This document shows positions 51,308 to 62,639 of a stretch of DNA of 64,000 bases, piece by piece. Each line of letters opens with the position of its first letter. Positions within the stretch are counted from its first letter, which is position 1. Under the pieces are notes generated by a model. That model had not been told where the DNA came from, did not search any database, and saw only the letters and a program-made list of their open reading frames with translations. The translations under genes were made by a program, and so were the position numbers. Source of the DNA: an uncultured Holophagales bacterium (GTDB lineage Bacteria; Acidobacteriota; Thermoanaerobaculia; Multivoradales; UBA5704); NCBI GenBank assembly GCA_963842525.1, contig CAWJGT010000003.1:640001-704000 (forward strand), written 5' to 3'.

Positions 51308-54300
51308 ATGGCGGTCCGAAGACGGAAGCCCCCCGCGGCTCCACCTCCCAAGACCGAACCGGCGCCGTCTGCCGTGGCTGAAGCTCTTGCGGAGGAAGCC
51401 GGCGCGCCGGCTGCAAGCCCCTCTTTCCCGATCGTCGGCGTCGGCGCCTCGGCCGGCGGGCTCGAGGCCTTCACCCAGATGCTCAGCGCGCTGCCGGTCG
51501 ATACCGGCATGGCCTTCGTCCTGGTGCAGCACCTGGCCCCCAAGCACGCCAGCCTGTTGGCGGAGATCCTGTCCCGGACCACCGCGATGACGGTCACGGA
51601 GGTCCAGGATGAGCCGCGGGTGAAGCCGAACCGCGTCTACGTCATCCCTCCCGACCGCAACATGGTCATCTCGCGGGGGTTCCTGCAACTGCTTCCCCGG
51701 GAGGAAGCCCGCGGCCAGTACCGGCCCATCGATTTCTTCCTCCGCTCCCTGGCGGAGGACCAGGGGCACAGAGCGATCGGCGTGATTCTGTCCGGCACCG
51801 CCACCGACGGCACCCTGGGGTTGGAGGCGATCAAGGCCGAGGGCGGGATCACCTTCGCTCAGGACAACACGGCCCAACAGAGCAGCATGCCGCAAAGCGC
51901 CGTCGCCAGCGGCTGCGTGGACTTCGTGCTCCCCCCGGACGAGATCGCCCAGGAGATCGGGCGCATCGCCCGGCACCCGTACGTGGCCCCGGCGGTGCCA
52001 GACCGGCGCAAGGCGCCGCGCAGGCGAGCCGGACTTCAGCAAGATCTTGGAGATCCTCCGCAAGGTCAAGGGAGTCGATTTCAGCCTCTACAAAGCGAAC
52101 ACCCTCTACCGCCGCATCACCCGCCGCATGGTCCTGCACAAGATGCAGGGGTTGCAGGACTACGCGCGCTTCCTGCGGGAAAACCCCGGGGAGGTGGAAG
52201 CCCTCTACCGGGACATCCTCATCAACGTGACGAGCTTTTTCCGCAACCCGGAGACGTTCGAGGCACTCAAGGCCAGGGTCTTGCCCAAGCTGTTCAAGAA
52301 CCGCTCCGGGCAAGAGCCGTTGCGCGTCTGGGTGCCGGGGTGCTCGACCGGCGAGGAGGCTTACTCCATCGCCATCACCTTCGCCGAGCTCACCGCGGCC
52401 AGGGGCAGCCAGGTCTCGGTCCAGGTCTTCGCCACCGACCTGAACGAAGAGTGCATCGACAAGGCCCGCGCGGGCGTGTACTCGCAGAACATCACGCACG
52501 ACGTCTCGCCGGAGCGCCTGCAGCACTTCTTCGCGGAGGTGGACGGCAGCTACCGCATCAGCAAGCCGATCCGCGACATGTGCGTGTTCGCCCGGCACAA
52601 CCTGCTGACCGACCCGCCCTTCTCCCAGATCGACCTCATCAGTTGCCGCAACCTGCTCATCTATCTGGAGCCGGCGTTGCAACAGAAGCTCGTGCCGCGC
52701 CTGCACTATGCCTTGAAGCCGGCCGGCTTCCTCTTGCTGGGGAGCTCGGAGACGATCGGCTCCTACCGCGCCTTGTTCGAGGCCGAAGACGCCAAGCACA
52801 AGATCTACGCCAGGAAGCAAGGCACGCATCGGGTGACCCTCGGCCAGGCTCCCGGCCTCTACCACGGTCGAAGCGAGCTCGGCCGCGGCCCGGGTCGCTT
52901 GCAGCAAGCCGCGGCCGGGTCCGACGTGCAGACAGAGGCCGACCGCATCCTCTTGGCGAGGTACGTCCCGCCCGGCGTGCTGGTCAACGCCGATCTGGAG
53001 ATCCTGCAGTTCCGTGGGGACACCGGACCGTATCTGGCGCCGGCGCCGGGCAAGGCCAGCCTGAACCTGTTCAGGATGGCGCAGGAGGGGCTGGCGGTCA
53101 CGCTGCGGGCCGCGATCAACAAGGCCAGGAAGGACAACGTCCCGGTCCGCGAGGAGGGAGTGCGGGTCAAGTCCAATGGCGGAACCCGGGAGGTCAACCT
53201 GGAGGTGGTTCCCGTCAAGGGAAGCTCGGCAGGGGAAGGCGGCTTCCTGGTCCTGTTCGAAGAGCCCGCTCCACCACCAACCCCTCTCCCGCGAGGGAAC
53301 CGGGGCAGGGGCAAGGCCCCGAGGCCCCAGACCAGGGCTGCCGCGGGGGAGGAGGCCGCCGAACGAGAGAACGCCCGTTTGGCGCAGGAGCTGGCCGCCA
53401 CGGGCGAATACCTGCAATCGGTGATCGAGCAGCAGGAAGCCGCCAACGAAGAGCTGCAGTCCGCCAATGAGGAGGTGCAGTCGGCCAACGAGGAGCTGCA
53501 GAGCATCAACGAAGAGCTGGAGACCTCCAAGGAGGAGATCCAGTCGAGCAACGAAGAGCTGGCCACGGTCAACGACGAGCTGCAGAACCGCAACCTGGAG
53601 CTGAACCAGCTCAACAACGACCTGATCAACCTCCTCGGCAGCGTCGAGATGGCCATCATCATGTTGGGGCAAGACCTGCGTGTCCGGCGCTTCACACCGA
53701 TGGCGGGAGAGATCTTCAACCTGATCCCCACCGACATCGGCCGGCCGATCAACGACATCAAGCTCAGCCTCAGCATCTCCGATCTGGCGCCGTTGCTGGC
53801 GGAGGTGATCTACACGGTGAGCCCCAGGGAACGCGAGGTCCAGGACAGCCAGGGGCGCTGGTATTCGCTGCGCATCCGGCCGTACAGGACCCTGGAGAAC
53901 ACCATCGAGGGCGCGGTAATCCTGCTCGTCGACGTGGACACGCTCCGGCGCGCTCGTGAATTTGCCGAGAGCATCGTGGCGACGGTCCGCGAGTCCCTGC
54001 TGGTGCTGGATGGCAACCTGCGCGTACAGACCGCCAGCCGGTCGTTCTACCAGACCTTCCAGATCACGCCCGAAGAGACGGATGGCCGTCTCCTCTACGA
54101 TCTCGGCAACGGCCCTTGGAACAACCCGGAGCTGCGCCGGCTCCTGGACGAGGTCCTGCCCCGGGACAACGGCTTCGACGATTTCGAGGTGGGGTACGAG
54201 TTCGAGCACATCGGCTGGAAGACCATGCTGCTCAACGCCCGGCGGCTCTTTCAGGAGAGCGGCCAAAGCTCGTTGACCTTGCTTGCCATGGAAGACATCA

Positions 54301-55535
54301 CCGTGCGCAAACAATTGGAAACGACTCTACGCCAGCGCGTCGAGGAGCTGGCCGCCGCCGACCGCAGCAAGAACGAGTTCCTGGCCCTGCTGGCCCACGA
54401 GCTGCGCAACCCCTTGGCACCCCTGCGCAATGCCGCGCACGTGCTGGAGGCTGCCGGCGCCGACGGCGCCGCGATCGAGCAGGCGCGGAACATGATGAAC
54501 CGGCAGATTCAAAACATGACCCGGTTGATCGAAGACCTGCTCGAGGTGTCCCGCATCACCCGGGGCGAGGTCCGCCTTCGCAGAGAGCGGTTAGAGCTGG
54601 CGACCGTTCTCAGGCAGGTGGTGGAGCTGAGCCGGCACCTCATCGAGGCGCGCGGCCAGGAGCTGTCGCTGTCGCTGCCGCGCGAGCCGGTCTACCTCGA
54701 CGCGGATCCCACCCGGCTGGAACAGGTCTTCGGCAACCTGCTGAACAACGCCTCCAAGTTCACCCCCATGGGTGGCCATTTCTGGGTGACGGCCGAGCTG
54801 GCGAGCGAGGGGCATGAGCCTCCCAGCGAGGTCGTGGTGCGAGTGCGCGACGACGGCATCGGCATGGCTCCGGAAACGCTGCCGCAGGTCTTCGACCTGT
54901 TCGTGCAGGCGGACCGCTCGTACGATCGCGGGCGGGGGGGGCTGGGGATCGGCCTGACGGTGGTGCACCGCCTCGTCGAGCTGCACGGCGGCAGCGTCGA
55001 AGCCCACAGCGCAGGACTTGGACAGGGCAGCGAGCTCGTGGTGCGTCTGCCCGTCTTGCCCCCTGCGGACACGGAGCCGGAGCGGCACGGCGATGCAGGG
55101 GGCAGCACGGTCGCAGGTTCGGCGCTCTCCCCTGTCGCTGCCCCGCCGCGTCGCGTCCTGGTCGTGGACGATAACGTGGATACGGCCGAGAGCCTGGCCC
55201 TCCTCCTGCGCTTGCGGGGACACGAAGTAGAAGTCGCTCACGATGGACCGGCGGCGCTGGAAAAGGCCGGCTCGTTCCATCCCGAGGTCGTCCTGCTCGA
55301 CATCGGCTTGCCCGGGCTGGACGGCTACCAGGTCGCCAGCCGACTGCGCCGGCGGCGCCGGACCGCAAGAGCGCTGCTCGTAGCCTTGACTGGCTATGGG
55401 CAAGAGGAGGACCGGAGCCGCGCACGACAGGCTGGATTCGACGATCACCTGACCAAACCGGTCGACCCTCTGGTCATCTACGAGCTGCTCGCCCGTCCCC
55501 GCGGACGTGAACGGGTACCTCCAGTGAGGTGTTGA
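51308..55535 (+). CDS. CheB/CheR-PAS-histidine kinase-receiver hybrid, frameshift near 52030
   Basis: GASAGG, QHL, LSGT..DG; INVTSFFR, GCSTGEEAYS, CRNLLIY; EELQS coil; AHELRNPL; REC. Confidence 0.92.
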
Positions 55536-55560
55536 CGCCGGCTCGGACTTGGGCTAGACT
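55532..55560 (+). promoter_or_regulatory. sigma70 promoter upstream of the nadE leader
   Basis: TTGACG-N17-TAGACT. Confidence 0.62.
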
Positions 55561-55565
55561 GCCTT

Positions 55566-55664
55566 CAGCCCGGAAGGGACGTGTGGCAGCACGGTTCTTC
55601 ACAAAGACGGGCTACTTCGCGGTGTCAGGAGTGGGGGCCGGTCTCCGGCCCCTTCTCTCTTTCT
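55566..55664 (+). ncRNA. Candidate structured leader RNA with terminator-like hairpin
   Basis: AGCCCG..CGGGCT stem enclosing CGTG-TGGCAG-CACG; then GGGGCCGG-TCT-CCGGCCCC and a pyrimidine run. Confidence 0.35.
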
Positions 55665-55722
55665 GGCCGAGCCCTTCTCCCTTCACTTGCGGCCCTCTCC
55701 CTGATCCGTCAGGATTCGATCC

Positions 55723-57666
55723 ATGCGGCTGATCCAGATCGCGGTGGGGAGCCCCAATGCCAATGTCGGGGCCGTGCGCTCGAACGTCGACCGGATGCTC
55801 GCGATGGCGCGGGAGATGGCGGCGGCCGGGGTCACGTTGGGGGCCTTCACCGAGCAGTGTGTCGGCGGGTATCCGCCCGAGGACCTGATCCAGTGGCGCG
55901 CCTTCGTGGATGCGCAGGGGCGGGAGCTCGAGCGCTTCGCAGCCGAGACCGCGGCGCTGCCCACGGTCTTCGTGGCCGGGGTCGCGGTGGCGGTCGGCGG
56001 GCAGATCTTCAACTGCGCCGCGGTGGTCCACGGCGGGCGGATCGTGGGCATCGTCCCCAAGGAGAAGCTGCCCACCTACAACGTCTTCTACGAGGCGCGG
56101 ACCTTCTCGCGCGGCGTGCCCGGCCTGGCGCTCGATGCCGCTTTTCGAGAGAAGAGCGTGCCGCTCGGCGACTACATTTTCACCTTCGACTTCGGCATCG
56201 TCGGTGTTGAGGTCTGCGAGGACGTCTGGTCCCCGGACGGTCCGATGCGCCGGCGCAGCTACTCCGGGGCGGAGGTGGTGGTCAACGTCTCGTCCTCGCC
56301 CTTCCGCGTCGGGGTGGTGTCGACCCGCCAGGAGATGCTCGCCACGCGCTCGGGCGACAACCAGGTGACGCTGGTCTACGCCAACACCTGCGGCTCCCAG
56401 GACGGCCTGATCTTCGACGGCGGCGGCTACATCTACCAGAACGGCCGCAAGGTCCTCGACGCGCCGCGGTTCCGCGAGGGCTGGGTGGCCTGCGTGGTCG
56501 ACCTCGACCGGACGCTGCGCATGCGGCAGGAGCAGACGACCTGGCGCTCGGACTGCGAGTCCTTCTTCCGCAATGAGATTCCGGTGCCGGTGCTGCGGAG
56601 CGCAGCGCCCACCGGCGACCGCTCGGCGCTGCACTATCCCATCCCGGCCGGAGACAGCTTCTTCCTGCCGCCGGCCGGGGTACCGACCCGGTCGCCGCGC
56701 GAGGAGGTGCTCGACGACCTCATCGAGGCGCTGGCGTTGGGGATCCGCGACTACTACCGCAAGACCGGGGCCTTCCGCTCCCTGGGCGTGGCCCTCTCGG
56801 GCGGCCGCGACTCGATGCTCACGCTCCTCCTCGCCTGGCGGGCGGCGCAGCTCATTCATGAGGGGGAGGGGGAGGAGGAGGCCGACGGAGAGGAGCTGCT
56901 GCGCCGGGCCGGGGCCACGATCACGGCCTTCTACATGCCCACCCGCTATTCGGGGGAGGGGACGCGCGACGCGGCGGCCGTCCTCTGCCGGGAGCTGCGG
57001 GTCGAGCTGCGGATCGTGCCCATCGAAGAGGCGTTCGACCGCGAGGTGGAGGCGGTCGCCCGCATGCTCGCCGGCGGCGAGCCGACGGAGGTCACCCACC
57101 AGAACGTGCAGGCGCGGCTGCGTGCCGCGCGCATGTGGAGCTGGGCGAACTCGGCCGGCGCCCTGTTCCTCCAGACCGGTGACATGAGCGAGAAGGCGGT
57201 GGGGTACACGACCATCGGCGGCGACCTCGAAGGGGCGCTGTCGGTGATCGCCAACGTGCCCAAGACCGTGGTCGTCGCCCTGCTCGAGCGGTTCCACCAG
57301 CGCTGGGGCTTCGAGGGGGTCGCGCGGACGCTGGCCACCACGCCCGGCCCGGAGCTCGCGGCGGCGCAGACGGCCGAGGACGAGCTGATGCCCTTTCCGG
57401 TGCTCGACGCCTGCCTCAATTTCTACGCCGGCGAGAAGCTGGCGCCTGCCGAGGTGGCGCTCGCCTTGCGGTCTGCCTTCCCGGACCACGACCCGCAGCG
57501 CCTCGCCGCCTGGGCGGACCGCTTCGCGACCCTGTTCAGCCGATCGATCTACAAGTGGGTGCAATCGCCCCTGTCCCTGCACGTCGGCTCCCTCGACCTC
57601 GACCGCGAGCGGGCCCTCCAGCTCCCCGTGGTGCAGGACAACGAGTGGAGCCGGGAGCCGGGGTAA
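55723..57666 (+). CDS. nadE: Glutamine-dependent NAD+ synthetase
   Basis: Nitrilase domain (E, K, CED) plus synthetase SGGRDS, NVQAR.R, TGDMSE, GY.T.GGD. Confidence 0.93.
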   Translation: MRLIQIAVGSPNANVGAVRSNVDRMLAMAREMAAAGVTLGAFTEQCVGGYPPEDLIQWRAFVDAQGRELERFAAETAALPTVFVAGVAVAVGGQIFNCAAVVHGGRIVGIVPKEKLPTYNVFYEARTFSRGVPGLALDAAFREKSVPLGDYIFTFDFGIVGVEVCEDVWSPDGPMRRRSYSGAEVVVNVSSSPFRVGVVSTRQEMLATRSGDNQVTLVYANTCGSQDGLIFDGGGYIYQNGRKVLDAPRFREGWVACVVDLDRTLRMRQEQTTWRSDCESFFRNEIPVPVLRSAAPTGDRSALHYPIPAGDSFFLPPAGVPTRSPREEVLDDLIEALALGIRDYYRKTGAFRSLGVALSGGRDSMLTLLLAWRAAQLIHEGEGEEEADGEELLRRAGATITAFYMPTRYSGEGTRDAAAVLCRELRVELRIVPIEEAFDREVEAVARMLAGGEPTEVTHQNVQARLRAARMWSWANSAGALFLQTGDMSEKAVGYTTIGGDLEGALSVIANVPKTVVVALLERFHQRWGFEGVARTLATTPGPELAAAQTAEDELMPFPVLDACLNFYAGEKLAPAEVALALRSAFPDHDPQRLAAWADRFATLFSRSIYKWVQSPLSLHVGSLDLDRERALQLPVVQDNEWSREPG

Positions 57667-57672
57667 GAGGGT

Positions 57673-58914
57673 GTGATCCACGTGGTGGAGACGATCGCGG
57701 TCCTGCTTGTGCTTTGCGTCGCGATCACCATCGCGGTCCGCTTCCATCGCCTTTTGCGCAAAGCCAACGAATCCGCCACCGAGCTGGCGCGGGCAAATGC
57801 CGCCTTGCAGACCGAGGTCCGTGAGAGGACCCGCGCCGAGGAGGAGCGCGACCAGTTTTTCGATCTCTCGATCGACCTGCTGTGCATCGCCAGCGCGGAG
57901 GGCACCTTCAAGCAGCTCAGCCCGGCCTGGGAGAAGGTCTTCGGCTGGACTCTCGAGGAGCTGCGGTCCGGCCCCTACGTCCACTTCGTCCATCCCGCGG
58001 ATGTCGAGGCAACGGTCCGCGAAGCCCAGAAGCTCCGGATGGGAGGGGCGACGACCGATTTCGAGAACCGGTTCCGCACCCGCGACGGCTCCTACCGCTG
58101 GCTCTCCTGGCGGGTCTCGGCTCTCCCGGACCGTCAGCTCCTCTTCGGAGTGGCCCGTGACGTCAGCGAGCAGAAGAAGCTCCAGGAGAGGAAGAACGAC
58201 TTCATCTCCGTGGTCAGTCATGAGATGCGTACGCCCTTGACCTCGATCCGCGGCTCGCTGGGCCTGATCGCGGGCGGCGCCGCCGGCGAGATGCCGGAGC
58301 AGATCCGCGTGCTGGTGGAGATCGCCGCCAGGAACTGCGAGCGGCTGGGGCGGCTGATCGACGACATCCTGGACATCGAGAAGATCGAGTCGGGCCAGAT
58401 GGTCTTCCGTTTCGCTCCGCTGGAGCTGACGCCGGCGGTGGAGCAGGCCGTGGAGAGCAACCATCCCTATGCTGCTCCCTATGGCATCGAGCTGCGCGTC
58501 GTCGAGGCTCTTCCGGGAGCGCGGACCTGGGCCGACCCCGACCGGGTCCAACAGGTGCTCGCGAACCTGCTATCGAACGCGACGAAGTTCTCGCCGCGCG
58601 GCGGCACGGTCGAGGTCGGCGTGGAGAAGCGAGACGGCTTCCTGCGCGTCCGCGTCACAGACCGCGGTCCGGGGGTCCCTCCGGACTTCGAGGCCATCAT
58701 GTTCGAGAAGTTTGCCAAGGCGGACGCGTCTTCGACGCGGCAAAAGGGGGGCACGGGCCTGGGGCTCAGCATCTCGCGGGCCATCGTGGAGCGGCACGGG
58801 GGGCGGATGGGGTTCGAGTCCAGCCCGGGCCAGGGCGCCACGTTCTGGTTCGAGCTGCCCGAGAGGGTGCCGGGGGAGGAGGCACCGTGGAGGGACCGGC
58901 CAATACGGGGATAG
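57673..58914 (+). CDS. PAS sensor histidine kinase
   Basis: TM, PAS (VHPAD), SHEMRTPL, NLLSNA, GTGLGL. Confidence 0.92.
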   Translation: MIHVVETIAVLLVLCVAITIAVRFHRLLRKANESATELARANAALQTEVRERTRAEEERDQFFDLSIDLLCIASAEGTFKQLSPAWEKVFGWTLEELRSGPYVHFVHPADVEATVREAQKLRMGGATTDFENRFRTRDGSYRWLSWRVSALPDRQLLFGVARDVSEQKKLQERKNDFISVVSHEMRTPLTSIRGSLGLIAGGAAGEMPEQIRVLVEIAARNCERLGRLIDDILDIEKIESGQMVFRFAPLELTPAVEQAVESNHPYAAPYGIELRVVEALPGARTWADPDRVQQVLANLLSNATKFSPRGGTVEVGVEKRDGFLRVRVTDRGPGVPPDFEAIMFEKFAKADASSTRQKGGTGLGLSISRAIVERHGGRMGFESSPGQGATFWFELPERVPGEEAPWRDRPIRG

Positions 58915-58941
58915 ACTCGGGATAGCGCGCGTGGCGCAGGG

Positions 58942-59670
58942 TCAGCCGCCCAGGTCCTCCGCGGGCTCATCGGCGGCGCGGCGCAACCCGGCCAGCAGCT
59001 CCTCGACGCTGGTTTCGGCCGGCGAGGGCGCGGTCCCCTCGAGCGCCGGCTGAAGGGTTTTCTCCAGACGCCGGGCCGCCACTGTCACAGCGGGGAAGCC
59101 GAACGTCCCACCGGCCCCCGCGAGGGAGTGGGCGAGGCGATGGAGCCGCCGCGGCGCCTCCCCGGCCCAGCCGGCGCGCCGGACCTCCTGCCATACCTCC
59201 TCGATCTCGCAGAGACGCTCCTGGAGGCGGCCGGCGAAGCTCTCCCGAAGGGCGTCGTCCTCCGCCGCGCCGTCCCGGGGGCGCGGAGGCAGGCGTCTCC
59301 AGATCGCGCGGATCTGGTCGGACAGGGCCATCGGGTCGAACGGTTTGGCGATGACGTCCGCGGCCCCGAGCTGGCGGTAGCTCGCGATTTCCTGGGCCTG
59401 GACCCGTGCCGTCATGAAGATCACCGGGACCTCGCGCAACGAGGGGGCCTGCCGCAGTGCGGCGAGCGTGGTGGGCCCGTCCATGCCGGGCATCATCACG
59501 TCCAGGAGGACGAGCTGGGGAGAGAACTCTTCACAGTGGGCGAGGGCCTCGGCGCCCGAGCTGCAGGCCAGCACGCGAAAGCCGCCGACGGCCTCGAGGG
59601 CCGTCTTCGCCACGAGCTGGACGTCGGGGTCGTCCTCCACAAAGAGGATGCGGTTGAAGTCCGATCTCAT
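58942..59670 (-). CDS. Response regulator with C-terminal Hpt domain
   Basis: VEDD, DVMMP, KPF; AHSLAGAGGTFG. Confidence 0.9.
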   Translation of the reverse strand: MRSDFNRILFVEDDPDVQLVAKTALEAVGGFRVLACSSGAEALAHCEEFSPQLVLLDVMMPGMDGPTTLAALRQAPSLREVPVIFMTARVQAQEIASYRQLGAADVIAKPFDPMALSDQIRAIWRRLPPRPRDGAAEDDALRESFAGRLQERLCEIEEVWQEVRRAGWAGEAPRRLHRLAHSLAGAGGTFGFPAVTVAARRLEKTLQPALEGTAPSPAETSVEELLAGLRRAADEPAEDLGG

Positions 59671-59715
59671 CTTGTGCCTTTCAGGGACAGCCAGTGTAGG
59701 ATACTGCTGGACACT

Positions 59716-60444
59716 ATGCAGCCCTCGTCATCCGTTCCATCTACCGATGCGACCTGCCGCCGCATCCTGGTGGTCGAGGACGATCTCGACCTGCTGCGCC
59801 TGACGCGCCGCGAGCTCGAAGGCGCCGGCTTCGACGTCTGGCCGGCCCTCTCGGGCGAGGAGGCGCTCGCCACGGTCGAGAAACGGGGCCTGCCTCATCT
59901 CGCCCTCGTCGATATCCTCCTGCCTGGGATGGACGGGCTCTCCCTGTCGCGCAAGCTGTATGAGTACACCGACCTTCCCATCGTCCTGCTCACTTCGGTC
60001 GACGAGGAGGAGACGGTCGTGGAGGCGATCGCGGGATTCGCGGAGGACTATATCCGCAAGCCGTTCCGGCCGCGCGAGGTGGTGGCACGGGTCGAGAGGG
60101 TCCTCCGCCGGATCGGCGACTTCGGCTACGCCCTGCAGCCGGTCATCCGGGTCGACGAACGGCTGTCGGTCGACCTCGGGCACCACTGTGCCCTCATCGA
60201 AGGCAGCGCAGTGCCGCTGACGGCCATGGAGAGCAAGATCCTCCACATCCTGATGCGCGACGCCGGCAAGGCTGTCCCGACCGGCTTCCTCCTCGGCCGC
60301 CTGTGGCCGCGCGAGGAGGTCTTCGAGGACGCGTTGCGTGTCCACGTCCACCGGCTGCGCGCCAAGATCGAGCCGGAGCCCAGCCGCCCCCGCTACGTGG
60401 TCACCGAGCGGGGGACCGGATACCGTTTTCCCCGCCTCCCGTGA
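59716..60444 (+). CDS. OmpR-family response regulator
   Basis: REC plus winged helix VHVHRLRAKIE..TERGTGY. Confidence 0.92.
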   Translation: MQPSSSVPSTDATCRRILVVEDDLDLLRLTRRELEGAGFDVWPALSGEEALATVEKRGLPHLALVDILLPGMDGLSLSRKLYEYTDLPIVLLTSVDEEETVVEAIAGFAEDYIRKPFRPREVVARVERVLRRIGDFGYALQPVIRVDERLSVDLGHHCALIEGSAVPLTAMESKILHILMRDAGKAVPTGFLLGRLWPREEVFEDALRVHVHRLRAKIEPEPSRPRYVVTERGTGYRFPRLP

Positions 60445-62418
60445 GAGCGCGCCTCTTCCGGTTCCGGCCGACGCTCCTGACCCGGGTCGCCCTGGGTCTG
60501 GCCGCGGTCGGGCTGCTCCCGCTCCTGGTGTCGTGGGTCGGCCTGCCCAAGGTCTCTCGCGACGCCATGTACGAGCAGGTGCTGCGGACGCACATCGTGG
60601 CCGCGCGGACCACGGCGGAGCGCATCGACGCCTTCCTGGCCACCCGCGAGTCGCTGGCGCGCGGCACGGCGGAGAACCCGGCGCTCGCCGCGGCGCCTGC
60701 CGGGCCGGCGGCCCAGGAGCTCCTGCGCAGCGGCCTTCAGGCCTGGGCCGGCCTGGGCGTCCTGGCGATTGCCGTACGCGACGCGCGCGGGGCCGAGGTG
60801 GTGCGCGCCCAGCTCGTAGGCGCCGAGGTCCGGCCGCGGATCGAGGCGGCCCTGCGGGTCCGGGGCGGCGGACGGGTGGCGGCGGCCGGCGGCGAGCCGC
60901 CCGTCCTGCGTGTCGCGGCTCCGCTGCCGGGCGGCGCCGGCTCCGTGGCCCTGGTCTGCGACGGCGGGATGCTGTGGGACTCCCTGCGTCCCGTGGAAAT
61001 CGAGGACGCCGATCTCGTGGTGGCCGACTCCGGGCGGCCGGCGGATCGCGGGGTCGCTCCCTTCGCTCGCGGACCTCCCGCCGGAGCTGGTCCGGATGGC
61101 CCTGACGGGCAAGATCGCGGGGGCGGCGCGCTTTTCCCGTCGCTCCCAGGGAGACGAGCAGGTTCTCGGCGCCTTCGCCCCCGTGCCGGGCACCGGCTGG
61201 GCCGTGATCTCCGTCCAGCCCACGCGGGTCGCCGAGGCGGTCGCGGGCCGCATGCGGCAACAGGCTCTCCTCGCCGTGGGCGTGGCGGCGGCGCTCGTCC
61301 TGGGCCTCTCGGTCGCGGCCTGGGGCTCGGTCGTCCGGCCGATCCGTCGGCTCGCGGCCGTGCCGTCAGCCCTCGCCGGCCCCGGGTCCCGGCAAGGGAC
61401 CGGCGACGAGATCGAGGATCTGCGACGGACCTTCGCGGCCCTGCAACGAGGTCTGACCGAGAAGCGTGCGCTCGAAGGAGTGCTCCTGGGCCGCTACCAG
61501 GTCGTCGAGCCGCTGGGCACCGGCGCCATGGGCACCGTGTTCCGGGGCTGGGACCCCCGGCTCCAAAGGCCGGTGGCCCTGAAGACCATCCGCCTGAGCG
61601 GCGAGCTGACGCCGGAAAAGCGCCGGGACCTGATCGACGCGCTGACCCGCGAGGCGGTCACCGTGGCGCGGCTGAATCATCCGAACGTGGTGGCCGTCTA
61701 CGACCTGGAGGACGCACCCGAGGGGGCCTTCATCGCCATGGAGCTCGTGGAGGGCTCCAACCTGGAGCGGCTCCTCTGGAAGCGCTGGCGGCTGACACCC
61801 GGGGAGGCCGTGCCTCTCGCTGCGGCGATCGCGCGGGGCCTCGCCGCTGCGCACGAGAAGGGGATCGTCCACCGCGACGTCAAGCCCGCCAACGTGCTGC
61901 TCGGCCGCGACGGCAGCATCAAGGTCACCGACTTCGGGATCGCGGGCGCCGTCGCGGCCATCGCGCCGGACTCCGAGGCGGTCTTCGGCACTCCCGGTTA
62001 CATCCCACCGGAGAGCTTGCAGGGGGGCGGCCACGGCAAGGCCGGAGACCTCTTCGCGCTCGGGGCGCTGATGTTCACCTGCCTGGCCGGCCGCCAGCCG
62101 TTCGACGCCGACCGGGCCGAGGACGTGCTCTGGGCCACCCTCTTCGGGCCGATGCCGCGGCTCCGCAAGGAGGTGCCCGACCTGATCGCGCCCGTGGAAT
62201 CGCTCGTCGAGGCCCTCCTGGAGCGGGACCCCGCCCTGCGCCCCGCGAGCGCCGCCGCGGTCGCCGCCGAGCTCGAGCGGATCGCCGTCGAGCACGGGCT
62301 CCGTTGGACGCTCGACGAAAGCGCCGGCGAGGAGGCAGGCACGCACGGCGCCGGAGCGCTCCCGGCACAGTGGGTGCACACCGGCCGCACCCGGACGAAC
62401 GCCCCGGCCGCGCCGTAG
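60441..62418 (+). CDS. Membrane Ser/Thr protein kinase with Cache-like sensor, frameshift near 61040
   Basis: Two TMs; LGTGAMG, VALK, HRDVKPAN, DFG, GTPGY. Confidence 0.88.
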
Positions 62419-62639
62419 GACCTGGAGGCCCTGAGTCGAGAAATGCAAAGTTCAACTCTGCATTTTCCTCTCCTGCCAAATCCACCTATCTCCCTTGGAT
62501 TGTGTGCCTTACGCCCGTCTCGGCGCTTTCCTCCGTTTTGAGGGCTTGCGTTCCCGGGGACAAGCTGCTCTCCGCGACCGCCGGGGTCATGACGACCTCG
62601 ACGAACGAGCCAAGACCGGCTCAGAAAGAGGAGAGCAAC

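Larger units (their letters stand above)
55503..55978 (+). repeat. ~475-bp direct repeat, copy 2
   Basis: Matches 50263..50736. Confidence 0.9.

Noticed and set aside
53430-53600. Short DNA repeats GCCAACGAGGAGCTGCAG
   Set aside because: Explained by the usual EELQSxN coiled coil of CheR-HK hybrids
51308-55535. Chemotaxis operon
   Set aside because: Stand-alone CheB/CheR-HK fusion; no cheA, cheW or MCP nearby
55566-55664. Known NAD+-I riboswitch or SRP RNA
   Set aside because: Could not match either consensus by eye; kept only as an unassigned candidate
55612-58551. 979-aa minus-strand ORF and similar long antisense ORFs (51849..54314, 31303..33174, 47051..48418)
   Set aside because: Shadow ORFs of high-GC codon usage opposite clearly identified genes
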